Positions 23,865 to 37,947 of a DNA stretch of 64,000 nt are shown one piece after another (the first letter of the stretch is position 1; the number at the start of each line of letters is the position of its first letter). The stretch is from Mobula hypostoma (taxonomy: Eukaryota), in NCBI RefSeq assembly GCF_963921235.1, contig NC_086098.1, positions 236,964,001 through 237,028,000 on the forward strand. The letters run 5' to 3'. Made by a program: the position numbers and the translations under genes. The notes under the pieces were generated by a model. The model had not been told where the DNA came from and made no database searches. It saw only the letters and a program-made list of their open reading frames with translations.

Positions 23865-25243
23865 GGAAAGGATAGAGGCGGAGTCACAACCGCCCGATCG
23901 TTGGGATCTCTGAATGGAGACCTTACGGATCTTTAAAACCTTATCTTTTCACTTCTAAAATGTTTCAGCTTCAGTTGTATCACATATCCAGTCCTGTAGA
24001 AGTTTGTAAAGACTCAGTTAAAACTGATTTTAGACATCTATATCGGCACCAGCTGTCTGGAACAACAGAGCAAGTGGCCATCGATTCTACCCCAATAGTT
24101 ATTGAGATCTAACCTGTTCAAGGTTACACTTTTCAAATCCCACAATACCTAACATTCCCCCATCTTGACGATACCTTCGTCATCAACATCTAGTGGTACT
24201 CACAGAAACCACTGGATTGATTAAATTACTTTATGAAAATAAAACGTAACCCAAGGCTAGGGATCATAAAGTTGAGAACTGAAAGTAAATTAATCATAAA
24301 ATATGTATATGCCACCATATACTACCCTAAGATTGAATTTCTTGCGAGCATTCACAGTGGATACTAAGAAGTACAATGGGATCAACGAACAACTATGCCA
24401 AGACTAAGACGAACAAACAACCAATGTGCAGAAGAAGAAAAAAAAAACTATTTAGAAACAATAAATACATAAATAGATAGATAGATGGACGGATAAATAA
24501 ATAAATAAATAAATGCATACATACATTACTAAACAACATTATTTGTAGAGTTCTTGAAGGTTGAGTTGAGTGAAATTATCCATTCTTGTTCAAGAGTTTG
24601 GACACGTATCTGATGATACAAAAGACAGTTCGAAGACTTTTCAAGAAAAGCGCTCCAGTTCTCTGGGCCGAACTCCTGCTGTTTTGGGAAAACAGCAATA
24701 TCCCAACCAAATGGACTGGTCCCGCATCACCACCCTCAAGTGCACGCCATTTTCCACCGGGTTAACGGGCATGCCATGTGGGTCATTGGAAAAGAAAGCA
24801 AGGGACTCTCACGCTCTCTCCCATATCCAAATTTTGTAGCCCTGACTCATCTCTCCCTTTCCCTCTCTGTCTGTCTGTCTGCTCACTCTTTCCATTTTTT
24901 TTCCATCCTGACCTACATGCTTTGGATACATTTATTATTTTTGACGTTCTAGAGATTGAGATCACTCCTTGTGCAAGGTGTGGTTATTGTTAGCGGTGAA
25001 TCAGTGTAGAATTTACTCAGGATAGGCCCAACACTATTTTGCTGAATCACAAATCAGATTTTACCATTCGCAAATCAGGATTAGGGATTGTAACTGATCT
25101 CTCTCGCTCTCTCTATTCTCCTCTCTCTCTATACTCCTCTCTCTCTCTCCTTTTACACGGTGTAGTTGCTGTACTTACAATTGTTATCTTTCAATTTGAC
25201 CGCCTAATTATGCAATCTGTGGGTTGTTGGAAGACCTCTACCC

Positions 25244-25280
<37 letters not shown>

Positions 25281-26596
25281 GTCTTTTTACTCGCATTCTT
25301 TTTCTGTATCACTCTCATTTCTCACTTAAGTGGTGAATTTGTATTTGGTATCATTCAGTCTGTGAATTCTACAATATGTTGAACTCTGGAACATGAGAGC
25401 AATAACAGCCTCGATCAAAAGCTCAAAGAGTATTGGATTTCAGTGCTACTTGCTTCTTCAAAACCAACTTCTTACAAATACCTTTGGCCTCGAGCCTTAA
25501 TTATCTTTTGTGTAACTATATTTCCTTGAGGTTTTATTTTACCTCCTTGTACACTTGTATAATTTCACTGCTGTTTTCATTATTTACTTACTGGTGACTC
25601 CATTCTCAGTCTGAAATTGAACTATGTCTACTTATGCAGGGAAAAAATTCTGGCATACTTAGAAGATGCATTTCTAATCTCTCCTGATGTCTCCTGCCAC
25701 GCAACTCCAGAGTGGTAGATTTAGGGTTAAATGCAAGTAAATATTTTTCCAGAGGTTGGGAGAGACTGGAACTAGAAGTCATAGTTTAAGGATGAAAATT
25801 GAAATGTTTCAGGGGGTGAGGCAGGGTAACGTCTTCACTCAGAGAACTGTGAGAGTGTGAAACGAGAGAAAGATTAGGCTATTGGGCCGATTTCAAAAGT
25901 TGAGAAATTTAGAGGGGTAAAATGATGAGGCTGATAAGGAGGGGCATCTCCGGGTGCTAGGTCGATGGAACTAGACGGGTTAATAGTTCGAGATGGACTA
26001 GATGGGGTTAAGGGCCTGTTCCTGTGCTGTCGTGCTCTATGACTCAATGACACGTTGTGTTTATATCGGTTAGATCCTTCGTACTCTAAGCATCTTGGTA
26101 ATTCTTTTTTTATCTTCTCACACACGATTTGGCATTTGTAACATTGTGTTTTTTTCAAATAGAGACGTCTATTATATTAAGCACTCTACAAATTTATTGA
26201 GAGCCCCCTACAGATCTGTCAGGTGTCCAATCAACGCCTGACTTGAGCTTCTTACACGAACTCTTAGACAACAGAGAACATTCCGGAATCCAGCCAGCCT
26301 CCCCTCCACACTGATAGTCCAGCACACCAAGAATAATTGAATGTTGAAGGTACTTTTTTCGCACAGAAGGGCTAATATGGTTGACTTGGTATTTGGATCT
26401 GTTAAATGTACTGCATACCACAGCATTCCTGACTGTAAACTCTTTCAATTTGGAACCTATTGATGCTGTGAACATTGCAAACCAGATAAACTCACTTTAT
26501 GTGACTGCACACCGGTTTGCGTCAGTTTACATCATGTAAAGTGCCTGATGATCGTGGCTCCAGTACCGGACATTGTGAGATACACAGAAGAGGTTC

Positions 26597-29393
26597 TATG
26601 GAATTATGATGTAGTGGCCATTACAGAGACATGGCTGGCACCAGGGCAGGAATGGATTCTCAATGTTCCTGGATTCCAGTGCTTTAAAAGGGATAGAGAG
26701 GGCGGAAAAAGGGAAGGAGGGGTGGCATTACTGGTCAGGGATACTATTACAGCTACGGAAAGGGTGGGCAATGCAGCAGGATCCTCTTTTGAGTCAGTAT
26801 GGGTGGAAGTCAGGAACAGGAAGGGAGCAGTTACTCTACTGGGCGTATTCTATAGGCCCCCTGGTAGCATCAGAGATACAGAGGAGCAGATTGGGAGACA
26901 GATTTTGGAAAGGTGCAAAAATAACAGGGTTGTTATCATGGGTGACTTTTAACTTCCCTAATATTGATTGGCATCTGATTAGTTCCAAGGGTTTAGATGG
27001 GGCAGAGTTTGTTAAGTGTGTCCAGGACGGATTCCTGTCACAGTATGTGGGCAGGCCGACAAGGGGGAATGCTATACTAGATCTAGTACTTGGTAATGAA
27101 CCGGGTCAGGTCACAGATCTCTCAGTGGATGAGCATCTGGAGGACAGTCACCACCGCTCCCTGGTCTTTAGCATTATCATGGAAAAGGATAGAATCAGAG
27201 AGGACAGGAAAATTTTTAATTGGGGAAGGGCAAATTATGAGGCTATAAGGCTAGAACTTGCGGGTGTGAATTGGGATGATGTTATTTGCAGGGAAATGCA
27301 CTATGAACATGTGGTCGATGTTCAGAGATGACTTGCAGGATGTTAGGGATAAATTTGTCCCGGTGAGGAAGATAAAGAATGGTAGGGTGAAGGAACCATG
27401 GGTGACATGTGAGGTGGAAAATCTAGTCAGGTGGAAGAAGGCAGCACACATGAGGTTTAGGAAGCAAGGATCACATGGGTCTATGGAGGAATATAGGGAA
27501 GCAAGAAAGGAGCCTCAGAAGGGGCCAAGAAGAGCAAGAAGGGGGCATGAGAAGGCCTTGGCGAGTAGGGTAAAGGAAAACCCAAGGCATTCTTCAATTA
27601 TGTGAAGAACAAAAGGATGACAGGAGTGACGGCAGGACCGATTAGAGATAAAGGTGGAAAGATCTGCGTGGAGGCTGTGGAAGTGAGCGAGGTCCTCAAT
27701 GAATACTTCTCTTCGGTATTCACCAATGAGAGGGAACTTAATGATGGTGAGGACAATATGAGTGAGGTTGATGTTCTGGAGCATGTTGATATTAAGGGAG
27801 AGGAGGTGTTGGAGTTGTTAAAATACATTAGGACGGATAAGTCCCCGGGGCCTGACGGAATATTCCCCAGGCTGCTTCACGAGGCGAGGGAAGAGATTGC
27901 TGAGCGTCTGGCTAGGATCTTTATGTCCTCGTTGTCCACGAGAATGGTACCGGAGGACTGGAGGGAGGTGAATGTTGTCCCCTTGTTCAAAAAAGGTAGT
28001 AGGGATAGCCCGGGTAATTATAGACCAGTGAGCCTTTCGTCTGCGGTGGGAAAGCTGTTGGAAAAGATTCTTAGAGATAGGATCTATGGGCATTTAGAGA
28101 ATCATGGTCTGATCAGGGACAGTCAGCATGGCTTTGTGAAGGGCAGATCGTGTCTGACAAGCCTGATAGAGTTCTTTTAGGAGCTGACCAGGAATATAGA
28201 TGAGGGTAGTGCTGTGGATGTGATCTATATCGATTTTAGTAAGGCATTTGACAAGGTTCCGCATGGTAGGCTTATTCAGAAAGTCGGAAGGCATGGGCTA
28301 CAGGGAAGTTTGGCAAGGTGGATTCAGAATTGGCTTGCCTGCAGAAGGCGGAGGGTCGTGGTGGAGGGAGTACATTCAGATTGGCGGATTGTGACGCGTG
28401 GTGTCCCACAATGATCTGTTCTGGAACCTCTACTTTTCGTGATTTTTATTAAGGACCTGGATGTTGGGGTAGAAGGGTGGGTTGGCAAATTTGCAGACGA
28501 CACAAAGGTTAGAGGAGTTGTAGATAGTATAGAGGATTGTCAAAGATTGCAGAGAGACAGGGATAGGATGCAGAAGTGTGCTGAGAAGTGGCAGATGGAG
28601 TTCAACCCGGAGAAGTGTGAGGTGGTATACTTTGGAAGGACAAAATCCAAGGCAGAGTACAAAGTAAATGGCAGGATACTTGGCAGTGTGGAGGAGCAGA
28701 GGGATCTGGGGGTACATGTCCACAGATCCCTGAAAGTTGCCTCACAGGTATATAGGGTAGTTAAGAAAGCTTATGGTGTGTTTGCTTTCATAAATCGAGG
28801 GATAGAGTTTAAGAATCGCGATGTAATGATGCAGCTCTATAAAACTCTGGTTAGGCCACACTTGGAGGACTGTGTCTATTTCTGGTCGCCTCACTATAGG
28901 AAGGATGTGGAAGCATTGGAAAGGATACAGAGGAGATTTAGCAGGATGCTGCCTGGTTTAGAGAGTATGCATTATGATCAGAGATTAAGGGAGCTAGGGC
29001 TTTACTCTTTGGAGAGAAGGAGGATGAGAGGAAACATGATAGAGGTGTACAAGATAATAAGAGGAACAGATAGAGTGGATAGCCAGCACCTCTTCCCCAG
29101 GGCACCACTGCTCACTACAAGAGGACATGGCTTTAAGGTAAGGGGTGGGAAGTTCAAGGGGGATATTAGAGGAAGTGTTTTTACTCAGAGAGTGGTTGTT
29201 GCGTGGAATGCACTGCCTGAGTCAGTGGTGGAGGCAGATACACTAGTGAAGTTTAAGAGACTACTAGACAAGTATACGGAGGAATTTAAGGTGGAGGCTT
29301 ATTTGGGAGGCAGGGTTTGAGGGTCGGCACAACGTTGTGGGCCGAAAGGCCTGTACTGTGCTGTACTATTGTATATTCTATGTTCTATGTTCT
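26597..29393 (+). mobile_element. CR1 LINE, 5'-truncated within APE
   Basis: AITETWL, YRPP, KSPGPDG, QHGF..RSCLT, DFSKAFD and KFADDTK motifs; (TTCTATG)n tail. Confidence 0.93.
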
Positions 29394-29610
29394 GCAGATG
29401 CTGGAAATCGAGAGTATCACACGCAAAGTGCTGGAGGTTTTCACCAAGTCAGGCAGCATTCATGGAAACGAATAAACAATTTACTTTTCGGGCCAAGCGA
29501 ATAAAATGTTGACATTTTGGGCAGAGATCCTCCATCGGGAGTTCTGAAGAAGGGTCTCAACTCGAGACGTCGACTTTCAAAAGATCTCCTCCGGCATTTT
29601 GTGTACGTTA
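29394..29610. mobile_element. Penelope pLTR-derived short repeat (related copies at ~36725-36870, 49660-49820, 49955-50050)
   Basis: GCTGGAGG..CAGGCAGCAT module with a degenerate CTGANGA..GAAAC core. Confidence 0.6.
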
Positions 29611-31299
29611 TTGTGAGATACAGTTATCGTATCCCAGAGAAAGCACACTCCTACGGTTGAGCGTGGACTCACTGGTACCCACTGTCACACTGCATGGTTT
29701 CATAGTGGCTTTGAGTAATCCTTGGATTCCCATGATTTGTCGCACTTCGTCTCTTATGGACCAGGCCTCTCCATATTCACTATCCCCACTTCCACCTGGG
29801 CCAGACCAGTGCAGCGCCGTATAGATTCAGAGTGGTGTCGACCAGTCCATGGAGCATGCATTACCCGCTGGTGCTGCAGAACCGCAGCATAATTGGAGTT
29901 GAACCACTTTTCTCACACTCTTTTCCCGGCCCTGTGCTACGCCCGGCTGGCGAGGCAGTATGTGTAAGTTGTTTCAAAAAGGCGGCATCAGTCATAAAGA
30001 GCCCCCATCACCCAGAACATCACCGTTTCTCATTACTAGATTGGAGAGGATGTCCCGGAGCCAGAAGATAAACACTCAACATTTAACGAACAGCTTTCCC
30101 CCTTTGCCATTAGATTCCCAAACGGACACTGAACCAGACTATGAACACCATCTCATATTTTATTTCGTCGTCTTTTGTACTACTTATTTAATAGATAGAT
30201 TTATATATAATGGATAAGTTGCAAGTTTTATGTATTTATTTATTATAATAAATTTAATATATATATAATATATACAACATATAATTATTATTATATAAAC
30301 AACAACATTGCATACATATGTATATTTTTGTAATTTTAGTATATTTGGTATCGTATGTATTAAATGTTTCTAATTGTTTCTATGTATTGCCCTTCACTGT
30401 ACTGCCGCAAAACATCAAATTTTCCGTCATAAGGTACTGATATTAAACCTGATTCTTATTCTTATCCTCACTCTGAAGATCGATGTCACTAACAGTGGGC
30501 CCTGTGTGGAACATTGCCCCTCTCGCTTCTGTTGACCATGGTTTAGTTCATCATCCCCCGCCCCCCCGCAACTGCATTCCGCAACCATCTGCAACAAACG
30601 GTTGCATATTGTACAATGAATGATAAGAAATTTATTGCAAATAAGAATTCTTGTTGTATGATTCGGAATCAACGTTTGTCTAATGACGCCACTAGGAAGC
30701 ATCCTGGCTTATTTTTTACTTCTGAAATGTTATCTCCTAATATTCTACAGATTTGTAAGTCTTTTGCCTGAAGATCAGCTCTCATTGGGTTATGGGAGAC
30801 GGGGACTGGAGTCTCGAAAACATGTCATTAATGACCTGGGACATGGTCCTTTTCATTCAATCCCATCCTGACCGTCAGACACTGGTTAGTCCAGTTAACC
30901 CCTCCCTCATAGTGGTTCACAGGGTCGAAGAGTATGTATCTGTGAATAACACTGATGCAGCTGTGAACCTCGTCATGTCCCCACGGGGACCGGGGCGGTG
31001 TTGGCACAGCCTTTATTTAGCAACATTTACTCAAATCAATGCTGCTTCTGCCTTGTTTGTGATCTGGTGCAGGTGGTGTGGTCACTGGCCTGGAATTGGG
31101 GGTGGGGGGGGGAGCGGTTGGCTCTGGTGAACATTAAAAAAACACTCTAAATCTGAAAAACTGTATTAACAGGAAGTCACGAATTGTGAACTAAATATTT
31201 GAAAAAATCGTTTGTAAAAATTGACATTTGTTTTTATAAGTGATGAGAATGCTGAGGAAAACGTAAAATTACAATTCTGAAAGGGAATGAAGGGGATGC

Positions 31300-31521
31300 A
31301 CTGGAAAGAGAGGTGGAATGACTTCGGGGAGAGGGGAGCCACAGAGGGTGAGAAGGTGATGGGGAGGGAGAAGGATATAGAGTAAAAGAGGGAAGAGAGT
31401 CAGAATGAAGTGAGCTGAGAATGAGAAGCGGGGTAAGAGGGTGTGTTTGAGAGATATAGAGATAGAGACGGAGAGCGCGCGTGAGAGAGATAGAGATAGA
31501 TGGACAGATATATATATATAG

Positions 31522-31566
<45 letters not shown>

Positions 31567-31610
31567 AGAAAGAAGAGATGTCAGAGAAGAGTAAGAAAGA
31601 GGGGTTGGTG
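31300..31610. repeat. GA-rich / (GATA)n / (GA)n simple repeat
   Basis: Directly visible. Confidence 0.9.
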
Positions 31611-31970
31611 GATGGTGGTGCCGACTTTCTTAGCTCGCTGTCAGATAAATGTATAAGATTGAACGCAGGGAACAGAAAAATCACGCGAGGAACATAAGGG
31701 CTTGAGAACAGCACGGAGAGTGATTATCAGCTCAGGGACTCTCTCCTTCTCTGAACCAGCGCGCAGCACACTCCGAGCTCACACATGAATATGACGGTAG
31801 CCTGAGGAATACCGATAAACGTTTTCAATACTGGATACAGAAGGGAATAAATAAGATCATTTACTGGGTCATGCGAACCTGCTCCTCTGTTACCCAAGCT
31901 GATGGCTGATCACCAGTCCCCACCCCCATCCTTCCTGATCCCTGCAGCTCTGAATCACGTTGTTCCCAAA

Positions 31971-34520
31971 TATAACCATACAATTATATAAAAATTACAG
32001 TACAGAACAGGCCATCTCGGCCCTTCTCGTCCGTGCCGAACGCTTACTCTCACCTAGTCCCACCGACCTGTACTCAGCTCATAGCCCTCCATTCCTTTCC
32101 TGTCCATATATCTATCCAATTTAATTTTAAATGACAATATCGAACCTGCCTCAACCACTTCTGCTGGAAGCTCATTCCACACAGCTACCACTCTCTGAGT
32201 AAAAAAAAAACCCTCATGTTACCCCTAAACTTTTGCCCTCTAACTCTCAACTCATGTCCTCTTGTTTGAATCTCCCCTACTGTCAATGGAAAAAGCCTAT
32301 CCACGTCAACTCTATCTATCCCCCTCATAATTTTAAATACCTCTATCAAGTCCCCCCCCCCCAACCTTCTACGCTCCAAGGAATAAAGACCCAACTTGTT
32401 CAACCTTTCTCTGCAACTTAGGCGATGAAATCCAGGTAACATTCTTGTGAATCTTCACTGTACTCTCTCTATTTTGTTGACATCTTTCCCATAATTCGGT
32501 GACCAGAACTGTACCCAATACTCTAAATTTGGCCTTACCAATGCCTTGTAGAGTTTCAACATTACATCCCAACTCCTATACTCAATACATTGATTTATAA
32601 AGGCTAGCATACCAAAAGCTTTCTTCACCTCCCTATCCACATGAGATTCCACCTTCAGGGAACTATACACCATTATTCCTAGATCCCTCTGTTCTACTGC
32701 ATTCTTCAATGCCTTACCATTTACCATGCATGTCCTATTTTGATTAGTCCTACCAAGATGTAGTACCTCACATTTATCAGCATTAAGCTCCATCTGCCAT
32801 CTTTCAGCCCATTCTTGTAACTGTCCTAAATCTCTCTGCATGCTTGGAAAACCTACTTCATTATCGACAACTCCACCTATCTTAGTATCATCTGCATATT
32901 TACTAATCTGATTTACCACCTCATCATCCAGATCATTAATGTACATGACAAACAACATCGGACCCAGTACACATCACTGAGGCACACCACTAGTCACCGG
33001 CCTCCAATCTGACAAATAGTTATCCACCACTACTCTCTGGCGTCTCCCATCCAGCCACTGCTGAATCCATTTTACTACTTCAATATTAATACCTAACGAT
33101 TGAACCTTCCTAACTAACCTTCCGTGTGGAACATTGTCAAAGGCCTTACTAAAGTCCATATAGACAACATCCACCGCTTTACCCTCGTCAACTTTCCTAG
33201 TAACCTATTCAAAAGTTTAATAAGATTTGTCAAACATGACTTTCCACGCACAAATCCATGTTGACTGTTCCTAATCATACTCTGTCTATCCAGATACTTA
33301 TATATACTATCTCTAAGAATACTTTCCATCAATTTATACACCTCTGACGTCGAACTCACAGGCCGGTAATTGCTAAGTTTACTCTTAGAAACCTTTTAAA
33401 CAATGGAACAACATGAGCAATACTCAAATCCTCCGGCACTATCCCCGTTTCTAATAACATTTGAAATATTTCTGTCAGAGCCCCTATTATTTCCAGGCTA
33501 ACTTCCCTCAAGGTCCTAGGGAATATCCTGTCAGGATCCGAAGACTTATCCACTTTTATATTCCTTAAAAGCGCCAGTACCTGCTCTTCTTTAATCATCA
33601 TAGTTTCCATTACTTCCCTATCTGTTTCCCTTACCTTACACAATTCAGTATCCTCCTCCTTAGTGAATACCGAAGTAAAGAAATTGTTTAAAATCTCTTT
33701 TGCCTCCACGCATAGCTGTCCACTTTGATTCCCTATGGGACCAATTTTATCCCTCACTATCTTTTTGCTATTAATATAACTGTAGAAACCCTTTGGATTT
33801 ATTTTCACCTTACTTGCCAAAGCAACCTCGTATCTTCTTTTCGAATTTCTATCTGAAGATTCTTTTTACATTTTTTATATTCCTCGAGCACCTCAATTAC
33901 TCCATGCTGACTATATTTATTGTAGATGTCTCTCTTTTTCCGATCCAAGTTTCCAATATCCCTTGAAAACCATGGTTCTCTCAAACTTTTAAACTTTCCT
34001 TTCAACCTAACAGGAACATAAAGATTCCGTACCCTCAAAATTTCACCTTTAAATGACCTCCATTTCTCTATTACACCCTTCCCATAAAACAAATTGTCCC
34101 AATACACTCCTTCTAAGTCATTTTGCATCTCCTTAAAGTTAGATTTTCTCCAATCAAAAATCTCAACCCTGGGTCCAGACCTATCCTTCTCCATAATTAT
34201 ATTGAAACTAATGACATTGTGATCACTGGACCCAAAGCGCTCCCCAACATAAACCTCCGTCACCTGACCTATCTCATTCTTCAACAGAAGATGCAACACT
34301 GCCTATTCTCTAGTTGGTACCTCTATGTATTGCTGCAAAAACTGTCCTGCGCACATTTTACAAACTCCATTCCATCCATCACTTTTACAGTATGGGCTTC
34401 CCAGTCTATGTGTGGAAAATTAAAATCTCCCAGGATCACAACCTCGTGCTTACTACAGATATCTGCTATCTCCTTACAAATTTGCTCCTCCAATTCTCCC
34501 TCCCGACTTGGTGGTCTAAT
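31971..34520 (-). mobile_element. CR1 LINE (different subfamily), 5'-truncated
   Basis: YRPPSRE, SSDHNV, QHGFVRGKSCLTN, DFSKAFD and KYADDTK motifs; tail at ~31971. Confidence 0.92.
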
Positions 34521-35699
34521 GTCTTTCTTTCCCCGACTGAAATCCTCTGAGCAACAAACTATTTAGATAGATGCAGAGCCTCTTACTGATTTGGGTCACG
34601 ACACAGTTGTTTATCCTGTTCCCCATCGCTTATCCAGAGGATCGAATCTTTGCGTCCTCTTTGTAGCTGATTGTCTATCACTGTCATCGTCTCTCAGTTA
34701 CTTAAACTCCACACAGTATGGTTTCTCTCTCTCATGGCCAGTCCTCTCCAGAAACTCAAAGGACACACAATCAGCGTGTGCAATTGGACCCGAAGTTCAA
34801 ATCTGTTTCCTGAATGGAGAGTTTGTCTTCCAACGGCATGGTGGGATTAAAATCTCCCGCCCTCAAACATCCTTTGTTAAGGCCAATATTTGACTCCCTC
34901 ACAGTTGCCTTACTTGGATGTAAAAGATACCTGTGCCATGAACCAGCCAAGAAGATATGTTATCCTTTATTTTCTTGCTTCTCATCAATTTAAAATATAT
35001 TTTGCCCTTACGTTCCAGTGTCTATAATAAATAATATGTTTCAGTGGGCCTTGTTGCACCTCTGATAACGAACTGTCACACTAATACCCTGACTCTGTTT
35101 GATACTAAACCCTGTAGTTATATAGAATGGAAACGGACCCTTTGTTCCAACTCATCCATGTCAAACAAGTTATCTACCTGTCCTAAACCCATATGTCATG
35201 CACTTGCTCATATGTCTTCTCAGCTGTGCAGTTTTACCAGCGTTTAGCGCTACCTCTGACAGCTCCGTAAACATACCTCTCGCCCACTGCTCCGCGTATC
35301 CAATTTCCCATACTGATCGTGTGATCTTTGCTTCCTTGGAGGACAGGACTGACATATTTTGACAGGGCCTCTATCTGGCTGAATGATGCCACAACACCAA
35401 TAACCAGGATATGATTATTGACAACAGGAGGAGGAACCGAAAGTCCATGAGCCAGTGCTTATCGGGGTATCAGAGGTTCAGAGGATCAACAACTTTAAAT
35501 TTCTCGGTGTTATCATTTCAGAGGATCTGTCCTGGGTCCATCACGTAACTGACGTAATGAAAAAGGCACGGAAGTGTCTCGGCTTTATTGGAAGTTTGCG
35601 AAGATTCGACATATTGTTTAAAACTTTAACATACTTTTATAGATGTCCAGTACATATTATCATAACTGGTTACATCAAGGCCTGGTATGGAAACACCAA

Positions 35700-37215
35700 C
35701 TCCCTTGAATGCCCTGGAAACATAAGTGCTGTAGTTACCAAGGAGAAGCACGTGGAGGACAGGGCGAACAGTTTTAACGTATTTAATGCTAGGGAATTTC
35801 GAGTTAAGAGAAGGTTGTGTTGGGTTTCTTAAAACTTATTAAGGTGGAGAAGTTCATTGGGCCTGATCGTATATACCCTATTTTATTGAGAGATGATGAA
35901 AAGAGATTGCTTTTGCATTGACCAATATATTCGCGTCCTGTCCAGAAACAGCAGAGGTCACGGAGGACTGGCGATTATTTAATGTCGTTCCATTGTTCAA
36001 GAATAGAAGAAGGGATAATCCTGGAACTATAGTCTGGTGAATCTCACGTCAGTGGTTGGAAAGCTGCTGGAATTCTTAGGGCAAAATTTATGAGCATCTG
36101 GAAAATCACGACTTAATTAGGGAGAAGCAGCAGAGCTTTGTGCCGGACAGGTCATGTCTTACGAACTTTATTTACGTTTTTTTTTGACGAGGCGACGAGG
36201 TGATTGAGGAAAGTAGAACTGTGGATGTTGTGTACATGAAGTTTAGTGACGCGTTTGACAGATCCTTCATGGGACGATCATCCGGAAGAGTAAGGATAAT
36301 AGGATCCATGGTGCGTTGGCCATTTGGAATCAAAACCAGTGGATAGTGGCGCGCCGCAAGATTTATACTTGGTCCTCTCATGTCTATGATGCCTTTAAAT
36401 GACATTATGAAAATGTATGTGGCTAGTTTGGAATGTTTCTTGATAATACGAAGATTGATCGTGTTGTGAATCGTGTCGAAGGTTGGTAAATAATTCAGCG
36501 GAATTTAGAGCACTTGCAGATATGCGCAGAGAAATGACACATGGAGTGTAATTCGGCCGAATGTGAAGTGTCGCAATTTGGTAGGTGAAAGCAAAGAGGC
36601 AGTACAGTATTGAGGGCAAGATCCTTATCAGTGTTGATGAGTAGAGCGACCTTGGGATCCAAGGTCATAGTTCCCTGAAAGTGGCAGCTTGATAGTGTGG
36701 TTAAGAAGGCATATGGAATGTTTAACACAAAACATTGTGCAGATGCTGGGGTCAAAGCAACACCCACAACACGCTGGAGGAATTCAGCAGGTCAGGCAGC
36801 ATTCGTGGAAACGATCAGTCAACGTTTCGGGCCGGAACACTTAATCAGGACTGAAGGGGGAAGGAGCAGATGCTTTAAAAAACAGTAGAATGAAGTATGA
36901 AGGTAATCGAGCCAAAAATAAAAAAAAGAGGATACCAAAGGGGTTTTTCAGATATATAAAGAATAAAATAGGGGGAAGGGTGGACATTGGACAGCGGGAA
37001 TATAACGCTGGGGAGGTAGTAATTGGGGACAAATAAATGGCGGAAGAACATAAGCATTTACCGTCATTCTTCACCGTGAATCCACTAACAGAATGCCACA
37101 ATCTCAAGTGTGTCAGGGGACAGAAGTAAGCGCAGTTGCTATTACTAAGGAGAAGGTGCTTGAGAAGCTGAAAAGTCTGAAGGTAGTGCAGTTACCTGGG
37201 CAGTATGGACTACAC
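35700..37215 (+). mobile_element. Highly degenerate CR1 fragments
   Basis: Remnant RSCLTN, DVVYM.FS.AFD and KGFFRYIK motifs. Confidence 0.7.
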
Positions 37216-37614
37216 CCCAAAGAATGTTTGGGCATTGAGAACGAGCCTTCAAGAATCACTAAAATCTGGAATGTTACTAGATTTTAAACGTACCCATGGC
37301 TGAAGTAGCCGTAGGCGGGAATATCTTACAATTCCCTTCGGAGAAAATCGCAAAGAGATGCCATCTGAGGACATCTAACAATATGACTATACCACATTAT
37401 ACCCTACATTGATGTAAATATATTTCCATGGTTTAAGTGTTGCAGTTCAAGTTCAATTGTCAAAGTAAAGTGATGATCACATTGCATATATGAGGCCATA
37501 TACAAACCCAAGATTCGTTTTAATGTGGCATGCAGAGAAAATCAAAGAAACACAATAGTATCAGTGAAAGACCACAACCAACAGGATGCAGAAACAACCG
37601 ATGTTCAAACGACA

Positions 37615-37758
37615 NNNNNNNNNNNNNNNNNNNNNNNNNNNNNNNNNNNNNNNNNNNNNNNNNNNNNNNNNNNNNNNNNNNNNNNNNNNNNNNNNNNNNN
37701 NNNNNNNNNNNNNNNNNNNNNNNNNNNNNNNNNNNNNNNNNNNNNNNNNNNNNNNNNN
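37615..37758. other. Assembly gap (144 N)
   Basis: N run. Confidence 1.
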
Positions 37759-37759
37759 T

Positions 37760-37901
37760 TTGGCATAATATCTTGATCCGAAACATCTGGAAAATTTGCA
37801 AAGAAAAATAAGAAATAAGATGACAAGTTTTAGAGAACACAGGGTGCCACTCTCTTTCGAGAAATAGCAGGGTTCCTTGTGGCAACACAGGACCAGATAA
37901 T

Positions 37902-37947
<46 letters not shown>

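Noticed and set aside
28439-29320. Long RT-like ORFs (also 1506-2219 and 63061-63708) as host genes
   Set aside because: They are 5'-truncated LINE fragments with retrotransposon tails and upstream frameshifts
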